Source of the DNA: Candidatus Multivoradales bacterium
Lineage (GTDB): Bacteria; Acidobacteriota; Thermoanaerobaculia; Multivoradales; J023
DNA: 64,000 nt
Assembly: GCA_965248925.1 (NCBI GenBank)
Contig: CBDFLE010000005.1
Span: 864,001-928,000 of the forward strand
Direction: 5' to 3'
Part shown: one piece after another, positions 31,144 through 41,476 of the stretch
Layout of the letters: each line of letters starts with the position of its first letter
Position numbering within the stretch: position 1 is the stretch's first letter
Translations under genes and position numbers: made by a program
Notes under the pieces: model-generated
The model's database searches: none
What the model saw: the letters and a program-made list of their open reading frames with translations, nothing else
Told to the model about the DNA's origin: nothing

Positions 31144-33363
31144 GCGGGCCAGCCGGTTGCCCAAGAACTGAATCAGCGGCAACAGCCACGGCAACAGCCG
31201 TTCGCTGACACCGCCATAGGTCAGCTGCTGCCATAGCCAGCTCCAGCCTCTCAGCTCACTCTGGAGAAGCCGCGGGCTGCGCCACTCGGCCAGCAGCCGC
31301 GGCAAGGCATAGCGTTGACCCAAGCGGCGATATTGACGCCCCTCGAGCCACGCCTCCGACAATAACTGTCGGCAGCTAAATCCCCAGGCCCGAAATACCA
31401 CCGCCGCTGGTAGCAATGATGGCTGGCGCCCACCGGCTTCGACCTGCCGCAACCAATGTCGGCCGGCGAGGCGTGGCACCGGGGGAAAGGGATAAGCTCG
31501 CCACAGCGCTCGCGGCAAGGCAGCGCTGGCGAAGTCGAGGTCGACACCCTGTCGTTGCGCTAACCAGCCGCGTTGCAAAGGCTGGGACTCGGGCCGCAGC
31601 TGCCGAAAATCGAGGTGCCAACTTGAATCATGACGGGGATTCCGGCGCCAACAGTAGACTTGCCGTAGCAGCCCGCCCGCAGCAGCCGGCAAGGGCTCGA
31701 CATCAAAAGCCCGCGCCATCTTTTCCAGCCATCGCGAATCGGCAACCACCACATTGCCATCGAGCAGCACTAGCAATCGCCCGCGGGCCAGCGCGGCGGC
31801 CTGATTGAGACCACGGGCCTGATGGTAGGCACCTCGCGGGCGTAGGATTCGCGCCCCCGCTTGGCCCAGGATCTTCGCCTGGTCTCGCCCCGGCCCCCAG
31901 TCGATCACCAGCAGCTCGTATTTTCGGTTGCTCTGCTGCTCAGTAAGTGCTTCGAGGCAGGGTTCGAGTAGGCGGGTCCAGGGCGGCAGGTCGAGCAGAA
32001 TCGACAGCTCCGGTGGCTCGTCTTGCAGCTCTCGGGATCGGTCCACGAGCAGCTCTTCGGCGCATGCTTGGCGGGTCAGCTCGGCGTAGGCGCTCAGCTG
32101 CCGGGCGCTGATCTGCCGCCAGTCGTAGGTCGCTTCGACCAGGCATCGAGCGTTGCCGGCAAGTTCTGTCCCCAGCGCCTCATCATCCAGCAAATCGAGC
32201 GTGGCTCGGGCAAACTCCGCCGCCTGCTCGGCGAGCAGCAGATGCTCCCCTGGCCGCTGCTCGATTCCCTCAGCCCCCAAGGCAGTCGAGACCACCGGCA
32301 GGCCGCTGGCAAAGGCTTCGAGAATCTTAAGCCGGGTCCCGGAGCCAGCTCGCATCGGCACCGCCAGCAGCCTATGACTAGCATAGAGGGGCACCACATC
32401 GCCGACTTCGCCCAGCACCCGCACACCGTCTCGGCCGTCCAGTTGTAGCACTGTGGCGGGTGGTCGGGCACCCACCACCGACAGTCGAGCACCGGGACGC
32501 TGCTGCCGCACCAGAGGCCAGATCTCGGCGATCATCCAGTCGAGAGCATCGAGGTTGGGCAGATGGGGAAAGCTACCCAAGAAAAGCACATCGCGGCGTT
32601 CACTCATCGCCAGAGAGGGATGAAAACGCTGGCAATCGACCCCATTCGGCACCACTACCAGCGGCTTGGAGCGCTCCACATGAGGCGCAAAGAAGTGCTG
32701 ATCAACCGCGGACATGAAGTGCACTTGCCAGGACTGGTGAGCAGCCCTCACTTCGTGGCGGTAGAGGCGCAACTCGTCGAGCCACGACGCCTCGACCGCA
32801 CCGATCTGTCGCCGGCGAGCCAGCGAGCGATAGGCTAGGTCGATCTCCACCAGCACCACTTCAGCCCGGCCGGCGGCAGCCGTCAGATGACCTAGCTCAC
32901 TATACTCGAGTTGCAAAATGTCGATCTGGTGTGCCTGCACCAGCGCCGCCACCCTCTCGGCCAACAGCGGGTCGGAGAATGGCAGAGCCTCAGCCGGTCG
33001 CCAGCCCCAAGGATCGGCCGCCGGCTGGCCCGGAACCTGGTGAAAGAACACTCCGCGACACCAGGGCGCCAAAGCGCGCCGTTGCTCGGTATCGTCAGTG
33101 CCGCCAATCAAGATCAGCAGGTAGACATCGACCCGCTCGGCGGCTTCGCGAAGCAGATTGGTGATCCGTACAGCGCCGCCATGGATGGGTGGATGCAAGG
33201 AATACGGACACACCCACAGCAGACGAGATCGCTTGGACGGCACGCTGGGCGTCGCTCGCGGTCGCCGTTGTGGCCTCGGCAAATAGTTACGAAGCGCCCT
33301 CCGGCCTCCCCACCACAGTGCTAGCCAAGCTCTGCCGAAAAGCCTGCGAATAGCCTTATCCAC
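31129..33363 (-). CDS. GT4 + GT2 fusion glycosyltransferase
   Basis: PPIHGGAVR, GSGTRLKILEAFASGLPVVST; C-terminal GT2-like domain (VIDWG, GLNQAA). Confidence 0.88.
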   Translation of the reverse strand: MDKAIRRLFGRAWLALWWGGRRALRNYLPRPQRRPRATPSVPSKRSRLLWVCPYSLHPPIHGGAVRITNLLREAAERVDVYLLILIGGTDDTEQRRALAPWCRGVFFHQVPGQPAADPWGWRPAEALPFSDPLLAERVAALVQAHQIDILQLEYSELGHLTAAAGRAEVVLVEIDLAYRSLARRRQIGAVEASWLDELRLYRHEVRAAHQSWQVHFMSAVDQHFFAPHVERSKPLVVVPNGVDCQRFHPSLAMSERRDVLFLGSFPHLPNLDALDWMIAEIWPLVRQQRPGARLSVVGARPPATVLQLDGRDGVRVLGEVGDVVPLYASHRLLAVPMRAGSGTRLKILEAFASGLPVVSTALGAEGIEQRPGEHLLLAEQAAEFARATLDLLDDEALGTELAGNARCLVEATYDWRQISARQLSAYAELTRQACAEELLVDRSRELQDEPPELSILLDLPPWTRLLEPCLEALTEQQSNRKYELLVIDWGPGRDQAKILGQAGARILRPRGAYHQARGLNQAAALARGRLLVLLDGNVVVADSRWLEKMARAFDVEPLPAAAGGLLRQVYCWRRNPRHDSSWHLDFRQLRPESQPLQRGWLAQRQGVDLDFASAALPRALWRAYPFPPVPRLAGRHWLRQVEAGGRQPSLLPAAVVFRAWGFSCRQLLSEAWLEGRQYRRLGQRYALPRLLAEWRSPRLLQSELRGWSWLWQQLTYGGVSERLLPWLLPLIQFLGNRLARLQGR

Positions 33364-33562
33364 CCGTCCTCAGCCGTCGTACAGGCCCAGCGCCTGGGGA
33401 ACCTGTCGTTCGAGGAGATCTTGAATCATCTAGGGTCTCTCCGCTGAATTTACCCGGAAGTATGCCTTGATAGTCGCACGGTAGGCGATCAACTGCGAGG
33501 GAATTCGCCCTCCCTATCGATCACCCCGCCTTGGTGACCGCTGTAGCCAGTATGCTCTTGCC

Positions 33563-34222
33563 ATGAGCAGAATCTCCTCTCCCTATCGCCTGATCATCTT
33601 CGACTGGGACGGTACCTTGCGCGACTCGGTCGGCACCATTGTCGGCTGCGCGCAAGCAGCTCTCGAAGAACTCGGCTTGGGGGCCGACCCCGACGGCATC
33701 CGCCAGACCATCGGTCTCGCTCTCGCCGCGGCCATTCCCAGTTGGTCGCCAGGGTTAGCCAGAGAACGAGTGGCGGCAGTACGCGAACGCTACATCCATC
33801 ATTGGATTCACCATTGGAACGATCGCGCCGAGTTCTTTGCCGGGGTCCCGGAACTGCTCGACCGCCTGGCCGAGCGTGACTTGCTGCTCGCCGTCGCCAC
33901 CGGCAAAGGCCGTCGCGGCCTCGATGTCGATATGCAGCGCTCGCAAGTCGAACAGCAGTTCCACGCCACCCGCACCAGCGACGACTGCGCCGCCAAGCCG
34001 GCGCCGCAGATGGTGTTGGAGATTCTGGACGAACTCGGCGTGCGAGCCGCTGATGCCTTGGTGGTCGGCGATACTACTCACGACTTGCAGATGGCCGCCA
34101 ATGCTGATGTCGATGCCCTGGCGGTCGCCGGAGGGGCGATGCCAGCCGAGGTCTTGCAGCCTCTAGCGCTCGATTGTCTAGCCAACGTCTGTGAGCTGGA
34201 TCGCTGGCTGGATCGCAGATAA
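33563..34222 (+). CDS. HAD-IA hydrolase (phosphoglycolate phosphatase-like)
   Basis: FDWDGTL, ATGK, KPAP, VGDTTHD. Confidence 0.92.
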   Translation: MSRISSPYRLIIFDWDGTLRDSVGTIVGCAQAALEELGLGADPDGIRQTIGLALAAAIPSWSPGLARERVAAVRERYIHHWIHHWNDRAEFFAGVPELLDRLAERDLLLAVATGKGRRGLDVDMQRSQVEQQFHATRTSDDCAAKPAPQMVLEILDELGVRAADALVVGDTTHDLQMAANADVDALAVAGGAMPAEVLQPLALDCLANVCELDRWLDRR

Positions 34223-34279
34223 AAAAACCAGGTCTACGGTGAATAAGCGACCACCTATAGCCGTACTCAGAATTACCGT

Positions 34280-34308
34280 TTGACAAGCTACCGACAAGAC
34301 AATAAGGT
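34280..34308 (+). promoter_or_regulatory. Sigma70-type promoter candidate
   Basis: TTGACA (34280-34285), 17-bp spacer, TAAGGT (34303-34308) in an AT-rich gap upstream of the 1233-aa gene. Confidence 0.5.
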
Positions 34309-34497
34309 ACCACAAGCGCGTAATGGTTAGCCTTTCTTCAATATATGTAAGCCTTCGAATCTTGTACATTAAGTAATTGATTTTCTAGCAATTTTAGAGG
34401 GCTTGAGTCACAGCCGCTCCGATGCTGAGCGTACAATAGGAGAGAACTCTGGCACAGGAGTTCCCTCATTTATTCTCTTAACTCAAGTAGGTGAAAA

Positions 34498-37400
34498 ATG
34501 GTATCCAGCAACTTCGGTCGATCCTCTGCCAGGACTCTCTGTTTGCTCCTATTGCTGACTTGTTCGCCATTGACCTCGGCGGCAGAGCAGCCCACCAAAC
34601 CTTCGTCCGATGAGGAGCGACATTCCCAACACCAGCATAGCCTTGCGGAACTACCTCTTCTGGTCCTTGGCGCGGACAGTTTCTCTCCGCCAGAAGACGA
34701 GATCCAAGACCCGCCAGGGGAAAGCTCGAGCAAAGCCCAGGCGACTACTTTTCATACTGCCGCCGGGCACAGCGGTAGTGGGCAGCCGGCCCCCCAGAGC
34801 CATCTATCGGTCGGCAGCAGTACCAGCTATCGAATCCTGCTCGATCTCCCCGACGATGAGTCGGTTCTGGCAGCCTATGGCGCGGGCCTAGAAACCGCCA
34901 GTCGAAGCCGCCAAGAATATCTGGTAGCCGATTGGATCTTGGAGCAACTTCTCGACCGCGCGTTCGATGTAGAGCTACTGGGAGGAGTGACCACGCATAC
35001 TTTTGTCCGGCCGAACCTCGGCGAGCTGGCGCGCCCTGGAACTGACGGCTTCCCTGCAATTGTCACCCGCGGTACTTCGAATTTCACCATCGGCAGCGGC
35101 ACCGTCAATGATCCGATCCCTGATCAGGGCTTTACTTGGCGCTGGGTACGAGTCGGCGGCGGTAGCACGGCACCGACAGGTTCCACGACCACCAACCTCG
35201 AGTACCGCCTCAGGATTCACAAGGATTCCGATCCCGGATCGATCTACTGCGGCGACTTTGAGATTTACCTGTCATCGAGCGCCAGGGGAGGGGCGGTCGC
35301 AGAGCATCTGGTCTACAACAATCTAGGAGCCCGCACCGACGGCGGTTTCGATGACGACGCCGCTGACGACGCCGATATCTATATCAACTTCCGCGATAGC
35401 AGCTACTTCAATGGCGAAGATCCGAACCAGCAGTGGTATGTCTATATCCGCGACACCCTCGCCCAGGACACGGGTTTTCTTCAATACATCGAGTTCAGAG
35501 TTCATTGGCAAGCACCAGCAGTGGATCTGGTGGCGACCGATGTTTACTTCAGAAGTCAACCGCAAAATGGGGGCACCCTCGTCTCCAGTCCGGCAGTTGG
35601 CCAGCAGCTCTACGCCCATTTCGCCTATACGGTCAGCGCCTCTAGTAGCGTTCCCGACACCAACTGGCGGCTGGAGTTGCCGCTGAGTTCGCAGACCCTT
35701 TGCACCTTTTCCGGAACCGAACCCGCAGGTCCCAGAGTTGGTTGGTGCAACTCCCCTTGGACAGTCAGCGCTGGCACCCACAGTCTCCACGGCGAGCTGG
35801 ACTATCTCAATCTAGTCGATGAAACTAACGAGAACAACAACGAGCGGTTTCAGAACTACATCGTTAGCAGCTCGGAGCCCGACATTAGGATCGCCCCTTT
35901 GTCGCTCAGTTTTGGTAGCAGTAGTGGAATACCGATCTTCATGGAGCTAGATTGGATGGCGACCGGCAGCCACTCCCACCGGCCCTCCCAATCGGTAGTC
36001 GATTCGGTGATCGCTAGCTTCGCCGCCGCCGGTTTTGACTTGACTGTCGATATCAGCAACTCGATCCCTCACCAAGCAACCATCGATATCACTACAAGCC
36101 CCTCCCAATCGCCGGACGTTCTAGCAATCATCGCCAACCACTTCGATCACGAGGCCGACAACCGCTACTTCTACAGCCTGTGGGTTCACAACTACAGCCG
36201 CAACGGTGCATCCACCTCGAGTTCCGGCATAGGCGACCTACCGGGCCGCGTTCATCTAGTCTCGCTGGGTTCCTTCACCGGGCAGGTGGGAACCTCCAGC
36301 CACCAATCGGGAACTCTTATCCACGAATTCGGCCACAACCTCGGCCAGAAACATGGCGGTTCCGATCACGAGAACTACAAGCCGAACTACCTCAGTTCGA
36401 TGAACTACCACTACCAGCTCCGTGGCATAGCAACTTCTTTAATCAGCCTTAATCTCACCAACGACGCCACGGGTTTCCGTGAGTTCGACTACTCCTATGG
36501 CGACCAGAGTCCGCTGAATGAGAACGCGCTCGACGAAGGTGTCGGCATCGGCCTTGGCCTGGCGGTAGATTGGGATTGTGACGGAAACATCGAGAACTCG
36601 GTTGCCAAAGATATACAAACATCCAATTGGTGCCTGGCAGACAGTTTTCGTTCGACTATTCGGGACTTCGACAACTGGGCGAATGTCAACCTGTTTCTGC
36701 GAAACGCTGCTAGCCCCAGGATCGAACCGAACGCACAACCGTCGCTGCCCTGCATAGGATGGGAAGAATTCTCGGCCAGCTTGCGGCAGGCTGGGCCAGG
36801 CAATGTGCTGCCAAGATCTACTCCAAGCCAGCAGACAGCCGTCCGAGGCAGCTCGCAAGTCTTCACCATCTTCAATGACGGCGATGCTTCACTGACTGTC
36901 ACTAGTATAGCCTTGGACTCTCCGGCCTCTTGGATTTCCTGGTCCCCAGCAGGCGGATTTACCATTCCCCAAGGAGCCTCGCGACAAGTTTCGGTAACTG
37001 TCGATCTGGCCAACGCTCCCACCGGCAACACGACGCGGCGGCTGTTGGTACATTCAAATGACCCCGACGAGAGCCCCTATCCAGGGGGCATTTTCCTCCA
37101 GATCAGCAGACCGACCAGCGCGCCGGATCTGGTGGTCGAATCGCCATCCGTCAGTGCTTCGCTGTTGGCGCCGGGGCAATCCTATACTCTGAGCCTGACC
37201 ACTAAGAACCAAGGCAACGCCACCTCCCCCTCGATCAGCGGCGGGCTTCACTACTTGTTGTCGAGCAACCCGTCGATCACTCTTGCAGATCTTGAAATGT
37301 CTACCGACTCCGTCAGTTCCCTGGCTCCTGGTCAGACCGATCCGGATTCTGATGTCAGTTCGGCACCTTCGGTTCCCGGGACCTACTGGGTGGGAGGCTG

Positions 37401-38199
37401 TGTAGACACGGTCGCAGGAGAGAGCACCACCACCAATCAATGCTCCGTAGGGGTTCAAATCACAGTGCAGCCGCCAGCGGGCAACGCACCCAATGTCGGC
37501 GTCTATCGTAGCGGCACTTGGGTGCTGGACAGTGACGGCAATCAAAGTTGGAGTGCTGGGGTCGACGCCGTTTTCGGATTCGGCCAGCCCACTGACCGAG
37601 CGGTGGCCGGAGATTGGAATGGCAACGGCGTCGACCATGCGGGGATCTTTCGCAGCGGACTGTGGATACTCGATATTGACGGTAGTCAGAGCTGGACTCC
37701 CGGAGTCGATGTCGTATTCGGTTTCGGCCAGCCGACCGATCTGCCAATCGTCGGCGACTGGAACGGCGACGGTAGGGATCAGGTAGGGATATTTCGTGCC
37801 GGTCTGTGGATTCTGGACTCCGATGGGAACCGCGGCTGGACCCCGGGGGTCGACGCGGTGTTCACCTACGGCATCGCGGCAGATCTGCCCGTGAGCGGAG
37901 ACTGGAATGCGACGGGTGCCGACCGAGTGGGAATCTTCCGTCAGGGAACCTGGGTCCTGGATAGTGACGGAAACCACCGCTATACCGCTGGGGTTGATGC
38001 CGTTTTTGGATTCGGCGGCGCAGCGAATCTACCCGTGACTGGCGATTGGAATGACGACGGGGTCGACGATCCGGGCTTGTTCAGCTCCGGAACTTGGATC
38101 TTGGATAGTGACGGAAGTCGCAATTGGACTCCCGGCATCGATTCTGTATTCGGCTACGGCAGAGCGGCCGATCAGCCGCTTGTCGGCAACTGGCCCTGA
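34498..38199 (+). CDS. Secreted multidomain zinc metalloprotease (metzincin) with P-domain-like, CARDB/Ig-like and FG-GAP-like modules
   Basis: Signal peptide; HEFGHNLGQKH with Met-turn SSMNY; CARDB-like VDETNENNN and PDLVV; five C-terminal 48-aa repeats. Confidence 0.85.
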   Translation: MVSSNFGRSSARTLCLLLLLTCSPLTSAAEQPTKPSSDEERHSQHQHSLAELPLLVLGADSFSPPEDEIQDPPGESSSKAQATTFHTAAGHSGSGQPAPQSHLSVGSSTSYRILLDLPDDESVLAAYGAGLETASRSRQEYLVADWILEQLLDRAFDVELLGGVTTHTFVRPNLGELARPGTDGFPAIVTRGTSNFTIGSGTVNDPIPDQGFTWRWVRVGGGSTAPTGSTTTNLEYRLRIHKDSDPGSIYCGDFEIYLSSSARGGAVAEHLVYNNLGARTDGGFDDDAADDADIYINFRDSSYFNGEDPNQQWYVYIRDTLAQDTGFLQYIEFRVHWQAPAVDLVATDVYFRSQPQNGGTLVSSPAVGQQLYAHFAYTVSASSSVPDTNWRLELPLSSQTLCTFSGTEPAGPRVGWCNSPWTVSAGTHSLHGELDYLNLVDETNENNNERFQNYIVSSSEPDIRIAPLSLSFGSSSGIPIFMELDWMATGSHSHRPSQSVVDSVIASFAAAGFDLTVDISNSIPHQATIDITTSPSQSPDVLAIIANHFDHEADNRYFYSLWVHNYSRNGASTSSSGIGDLPGRVHLVSLGSFTGQVGTSSHQSGTLIHEFGHNLGQKHGGSDHENYKPNYLSSMNYHYQLRGIATSLISLNLTNDATGFREFDYSYGDQSPLNENALDEGVGIGLGLAVDWDCDGNIENSVAKDIQTSNWCLADSFRSTIRDFDNWANVNLFLRNAASPRIEPNAQPSLPCIGWEEFSASLRQAGPGNVLPRSTPSQQTAVRGSSQVFTIFNDGDASLTVTSIALDSPASWISWSPAGGFTIPQGASRQVSVTVDLANAPTGNTTRRLLVHSNDPDESPYPGGIFLQISRPTSAPDLVVESPSVSASLLAPGQSYTLSLTTKNQGNATSPSISGGLHYLLSSNPSITLADLEMSTDSVSSLAPGQTDPDSDVSSAPSVPGTYWVGGCVDTVAGESTTTNQCSVGVQITVQPPAGNAPNVGVYRSGTWVLDSDGNQSWSAGVDAVFGFGQPTDRAVAGDWNGNGVDHAGIFRSGLWILDIDGSQSWTPGVDVVFGFGQPTDLPIVGDWNGDGRDQVGIFRAGLWILDSDGNRGWTPGVDAVFTYGIAADLPVSGDWNATGADRVGIFRQGTWVLDSDGNHRYTAGVDAVFGFGGAANLPVTGDWNDDGVDDPGLFSSGTWILDSDGSRNWTPGIDSVFGYGRAADQPLVGNWP
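37498..38196 (+). repeat. Five 144-bp/48-aa intragenic repeats
   Basis: GIFR.G.W.LDSDG...W..GVD.VFGFG...D.P..GDWN units start at 37498, 37642, 37786, 37930 and 38074. Confidence 0.9.
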
Positions 38200-38353
38200 T
38201 CAATCCATCAACGTGGAAGAGCCACCGAATAGTACTCGGTGGCTCTTCCACAGGCCCCAAACAAGGAAGATCGCCGAGGCTAGAAAGCTATGGCCGGGGA
38301 AACGAAACCCAACTGGCCCGCCCGCTGAGCAGCAGAGACCGCAAGCTGCGGTC

Positions 38354-41300
38354 CTAGTGCAGCACCTGCCGCCCGAAGTGGTTGCCCCACCACAGCGCGA
38401 CCGGTCGCAGCATGGGAAAGAGCAGCGCCGCCGGTCGCCAGGCGCGACCGCGAAGCAAGCCCTTGGCTAGCTCTAGCCAAACCCGACCGATGAGCAGGTC
38501 GTGCGCTAGGTCTTTGGCGCTGTAACTCTCGCCCAGCAGGCGCCAGCCAAAACCCTCGCTGTAGCACCGCCGCACAAGCGAGCGTAGATCGTAGTCGTGG
38601 GTGTGCAGCACCGCTGCCTGGTGAGCGCTGTCGATCCGTAAACCAGCTTCGGTGGCGCGCCGCTGCCATTTCTTGTCTTCCATGATCTCTGCATAGCCGA
38701 AGGGCAGCTGGCGCCAGACCTCGGTGCGCAGGGCGGCGTTGACGGTCGAGAAACCCACCCCCGCGAAGCGCTCGATCCAGCCCTCGGACTCGCGAGTGAA
38801 ATAAAACCGCTGACCGCAGGAATCCCAGAAGAAACGGGCGACGCCACTGCCCTGCTCGAATTCTCGAATGCCCCCCTGGACCGCCGCCGGAGGATCCTCA
38901 GCAAACAACGGCGCGGTGAGGCCATCGAGCCAATTTTGGTCGGCTGGAACCGCGTCCTGGTTGAGGAAAACGATGACCTCTCCCCGGGCCAGAGCCGCAC
39001 CACGGTCGCGGGTCAGTCCGTGGTTGAAAGTGCTGCGATCAATCGGCTGAATGCGCACCCCATGGCGACGCATGGTTTCCAAGTCAGCAGCGCTCGAACC
39101 TGAATCGACACAAATCACTTCCCAACTGCGTGGGCATTGCTGCTCGGTGATCGCTTGCAGACTGCGCTCGAACAACTCGCCACCGTTTAGAGTTGGATAG
39201 ACGATCGAGATGTCGACCCGATCACTGGCGGCGGCAGACTCGGCGGCAAACCGGGCGATCTCCACCGCCGGTGCCGGCGGCGGTTGCTCCGGTAGCAGCT
39301 GATGCAGCGCGGCCAGATGGACAGCGGCGGAATGGCGCCAGTCATGGCGCTCTTTGACCCACCGCGAGGCAGCGCCGGCTAGCTTGGCACCCAATTCGCG
39401 GTCGTCGAGCAAGCGGAGGATCGCCGCGGCGAAAGCGGGAGCCGCATCGGCGATCAAAAGATGCTCGTCGGCGCTGCAATCGATACCTTCCGCGCCCAGG
39501 GTGGTCGAAACTGCTGGGATCTCGGCAGCGAAGGCCTCGAACAACTTCAAGCGGGTGCCGGAGCCTGCCCGAATCGGCACCGCCAATACCCGGTGGCGGT
39601 GGTAAAAGGGCCGCAGCTCGGGCACCGCTCCGAGCGCCGCGACCCCTTCGCGCCGACCGTGGGCGCGCACTTCCTCGGGCATTTCGGCGCCGACCAAGGT
39701 CAGCTCGGCGCTGCCGTTGCCCTGCCGCACCAGCGGCCACACCTCGGCCATGAACCAAGTCACAGCATCCACATTGGGCAGGTTCTGATAGTTGCCGACA
39801 ATCAAGATACCGTTCCGCTCGAGGGGTGGCTGCGGCGGGCGGTAGAAAGCACAATCGACCGCGTTGGGCACGACCACGATCCGGCGTCCACCATCGCCTA
39901 AGAAGGAGGCCAAGTAGGCACCATCGTCCGCCGACATGGCGTGTACTTGGTCAACTTGCCGGCAAGACCTCACCTCATGCCGCAGCATGCGCATCCAGTC
40001 ACCATGGCTAGCGCCGAAAGCCCGACTGTCGGGATAGCGACGGTGAAAACCCAAGCTGCGGCGGCGGCGGAAGGAGCGGAAGGTGACGTCTTCTTCGACC
40101 AGCAAGACCGCTACCTCGGGCACCACTCGGCGATACGAGGCCAACTCTGTATTCTCCAGATGCAGCACTTCGATTCCCTGGCAATAAACTAAGTCGCGAA
40201 TCTTCTCCGCCACCCGATGCGAGCCGAAGAGACGAGAATTGGGCGGCTCCAGGGTCCACCAGGGATGCTCGAACGATGGTTCCCAATGATGTTGGTGGAC
40301 CACCACCCCCAGGGCTTCTAGAGCACTTCGCTGCTCATCCCCTGGCTCACGATCGAAAATCAACAGGTGGATATCCGCGTCTTCGGCGAGCAGCCGGATC
40401 AGGTTGTAGAGCCGCACCGCGCCGCCATGATTCGGCGGGTAGATGCGGTAGGGCATGACGATCAGCAAGCGAGGACGGCGCTGTCGATCGACCACCGGCG
40501 GCGGCAGGGCGACCGCCGCCGGAGTGCCGAGAAAACGGCGTAGTGCCGCCGCGACTCGGGTGCTGGTGGTATCGAACCACAACCACAGCCACAAGCCGAG
40601 GCGGCCGGCTGGTCGCAGGGTCGCAGCCACCAAAGTGCCGCACAGACCGAGCAGGACCAACGGCCGGCGCAACAACCCAAGGAAAATGGCCAGCGCTCTC
40701 CCTAACCCGCGGCGTAGCTGGCCCCACTTTTGCCACGAGCGATAAAAGCGCGATTGGTGGATCGCCGTCAGCTCTTGCTGCTGCGCTGCCAGAGTCTGCC
40801 GCAGGCCCTGCTCCTCGGCGGATAAGATGCGGGCGTAGCGTGGATCGCGAATCGGCTGGCACCACCACTGGCCGAGCCCTGGCGGCGGCTCGCCTTCCCA
40901 AACCTCGACTCTTTCAAAGCCGCCATCACCCAGGTGCAAACGACCGCGCAGGCCAAGGTGGGTGAGGAGCTCGCCGCGGGCAGTGGCACTGCCGACGCTC
41001 AGCTTGTCGGCCCGGTCGAACAGCCAGCCCAGTCCGGCCCACCAGCGGTAGCACCCCGCAGCATCCACCTCGGCGGTCGGCGCCGCCGCTAACCAATCTG
41101 TTGTCGAGGCCGATAGATCGACCCACAGAGGACGCAGCGCCACCACCTGAGCCGCCACTACCGCCGGCAGCAGGCCAATTCCGCCGATGGCATCCGGCTG
41201 CGCTTGGTGCAGAACTTGGTCGAGCCGCTCGGGATGTTCGAAAAAGCTGCTCGGCACCTGGCAGACCCGCAATCCTTCGCGCGGCGACAGTGCATCGGCG

Positions 41301-41476
41301 GCGGCCTCTTCCGCCGCCGCGTAGACCACGGTCAGTCGGTATCCGGCAGCGAGCAGCGCATCGACCGCTTGCCGCAGGCGCCCGGCTTCTGGCGACTGGG
41401 CTGGGTCGTCCAACCAAGCCAAGGCTGCTGGCTGCTGGCAGAAGAGCAAGAAGCTCGAGCGATCTTCTTCACTCAC
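38354..41476 (-). CDS. Multidomain glycosyltransferase (degenerate N-domain, GT4, GT2)
   Basis: PPNHGGAVR, GSGTRLKLFEAFAA; GT2 VDSGS, FNHGLTRD, FLNQDA, EDKKW. Confidence 0.9.
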   Translation of the reverse strand: MSEEDRSSFLLFCQQPAALAWLDDPAQSPEAGRLRQAVDALLAAGYRLTVVYAAAEEAAADALSPREGLRVCQVPSSFFEHPERLDQVLHQAQPDAIGGIGLLPAVVAAQVVALRPLWVDLSASTTDWLAAAPTAEVDAAGCYRWWAGLGWLFDRADKLSVGSATARGELLTHLGLRGRLHLGDGGFERVEVWEGEPPPGLGQWWCQPIRDPRYARILSAEEQGLRQTLAAQQQELTAIHQSRFYRSWQKWGQLRRGLGRALAIFLGLLRRPLVLLGLCGTLVAATLRPAGRLGLWLWLWFDTTSTRVAAALRRFLGTPAAVALPPPVVDRQRRPRLLIVMPYRIYPPNHGGAVRLYNLIRLLAEDADIHLLIFDREPGDEQRSALEALGVVVHQHHWEPSFEHPWWTLEPPNSRLFGSHRVAEKIRDLVYCQGIEVLHLENTELASYRRVVPEVAVLLVEEDVTFRSFRRRRSLGFHRRYPDSRAFGASHGDWMRMLRHEVRSCRQVDQVHAMSADDGAYLASFLGDGGRRIVVVPNAVDCAFYRPPQPPLERNGILIVGNYQNLPNVDAVTWFMAEVWPLVRQGNGSAELTLVGAEMPEEVRAHGRREGVAALGAVPELRPFYHRHRVLAVPIRAGSGTRLKLFEAFAAEIPAVSTTLGAEGIDCSADEHLLIADAAPAFAAAILRLLDDRELGAKLAGAASRWVKERHDWRHSAAVHLAALHQLLPEQPPPAPAVEIARFAAESAAASDRVDISIVYPTLNGGELFERSLQAITEQQCPRSWEVICVDSGSSAADLETMRRHGVRIQPIDRSTFNHGLTRDRGAALARGEVIVFLNQDAVPADQNWLDGLTAPLFAEDPPAAVQGGIREFEQGSGVARFFWDSCGQRFYFTRESEGWIERFAGVGFSTVNAALRTEVWRQLPFGYAEIMEDKKWQRRATEAGLRIDSAHQAAVLHTHDYDLRSLVRRCYSEGFGWRLLGESYSAKDLAHDLLIGRVWLELAKGLLRGRAWRPAALLFPMLRPVALWWGNHFGRQVLH

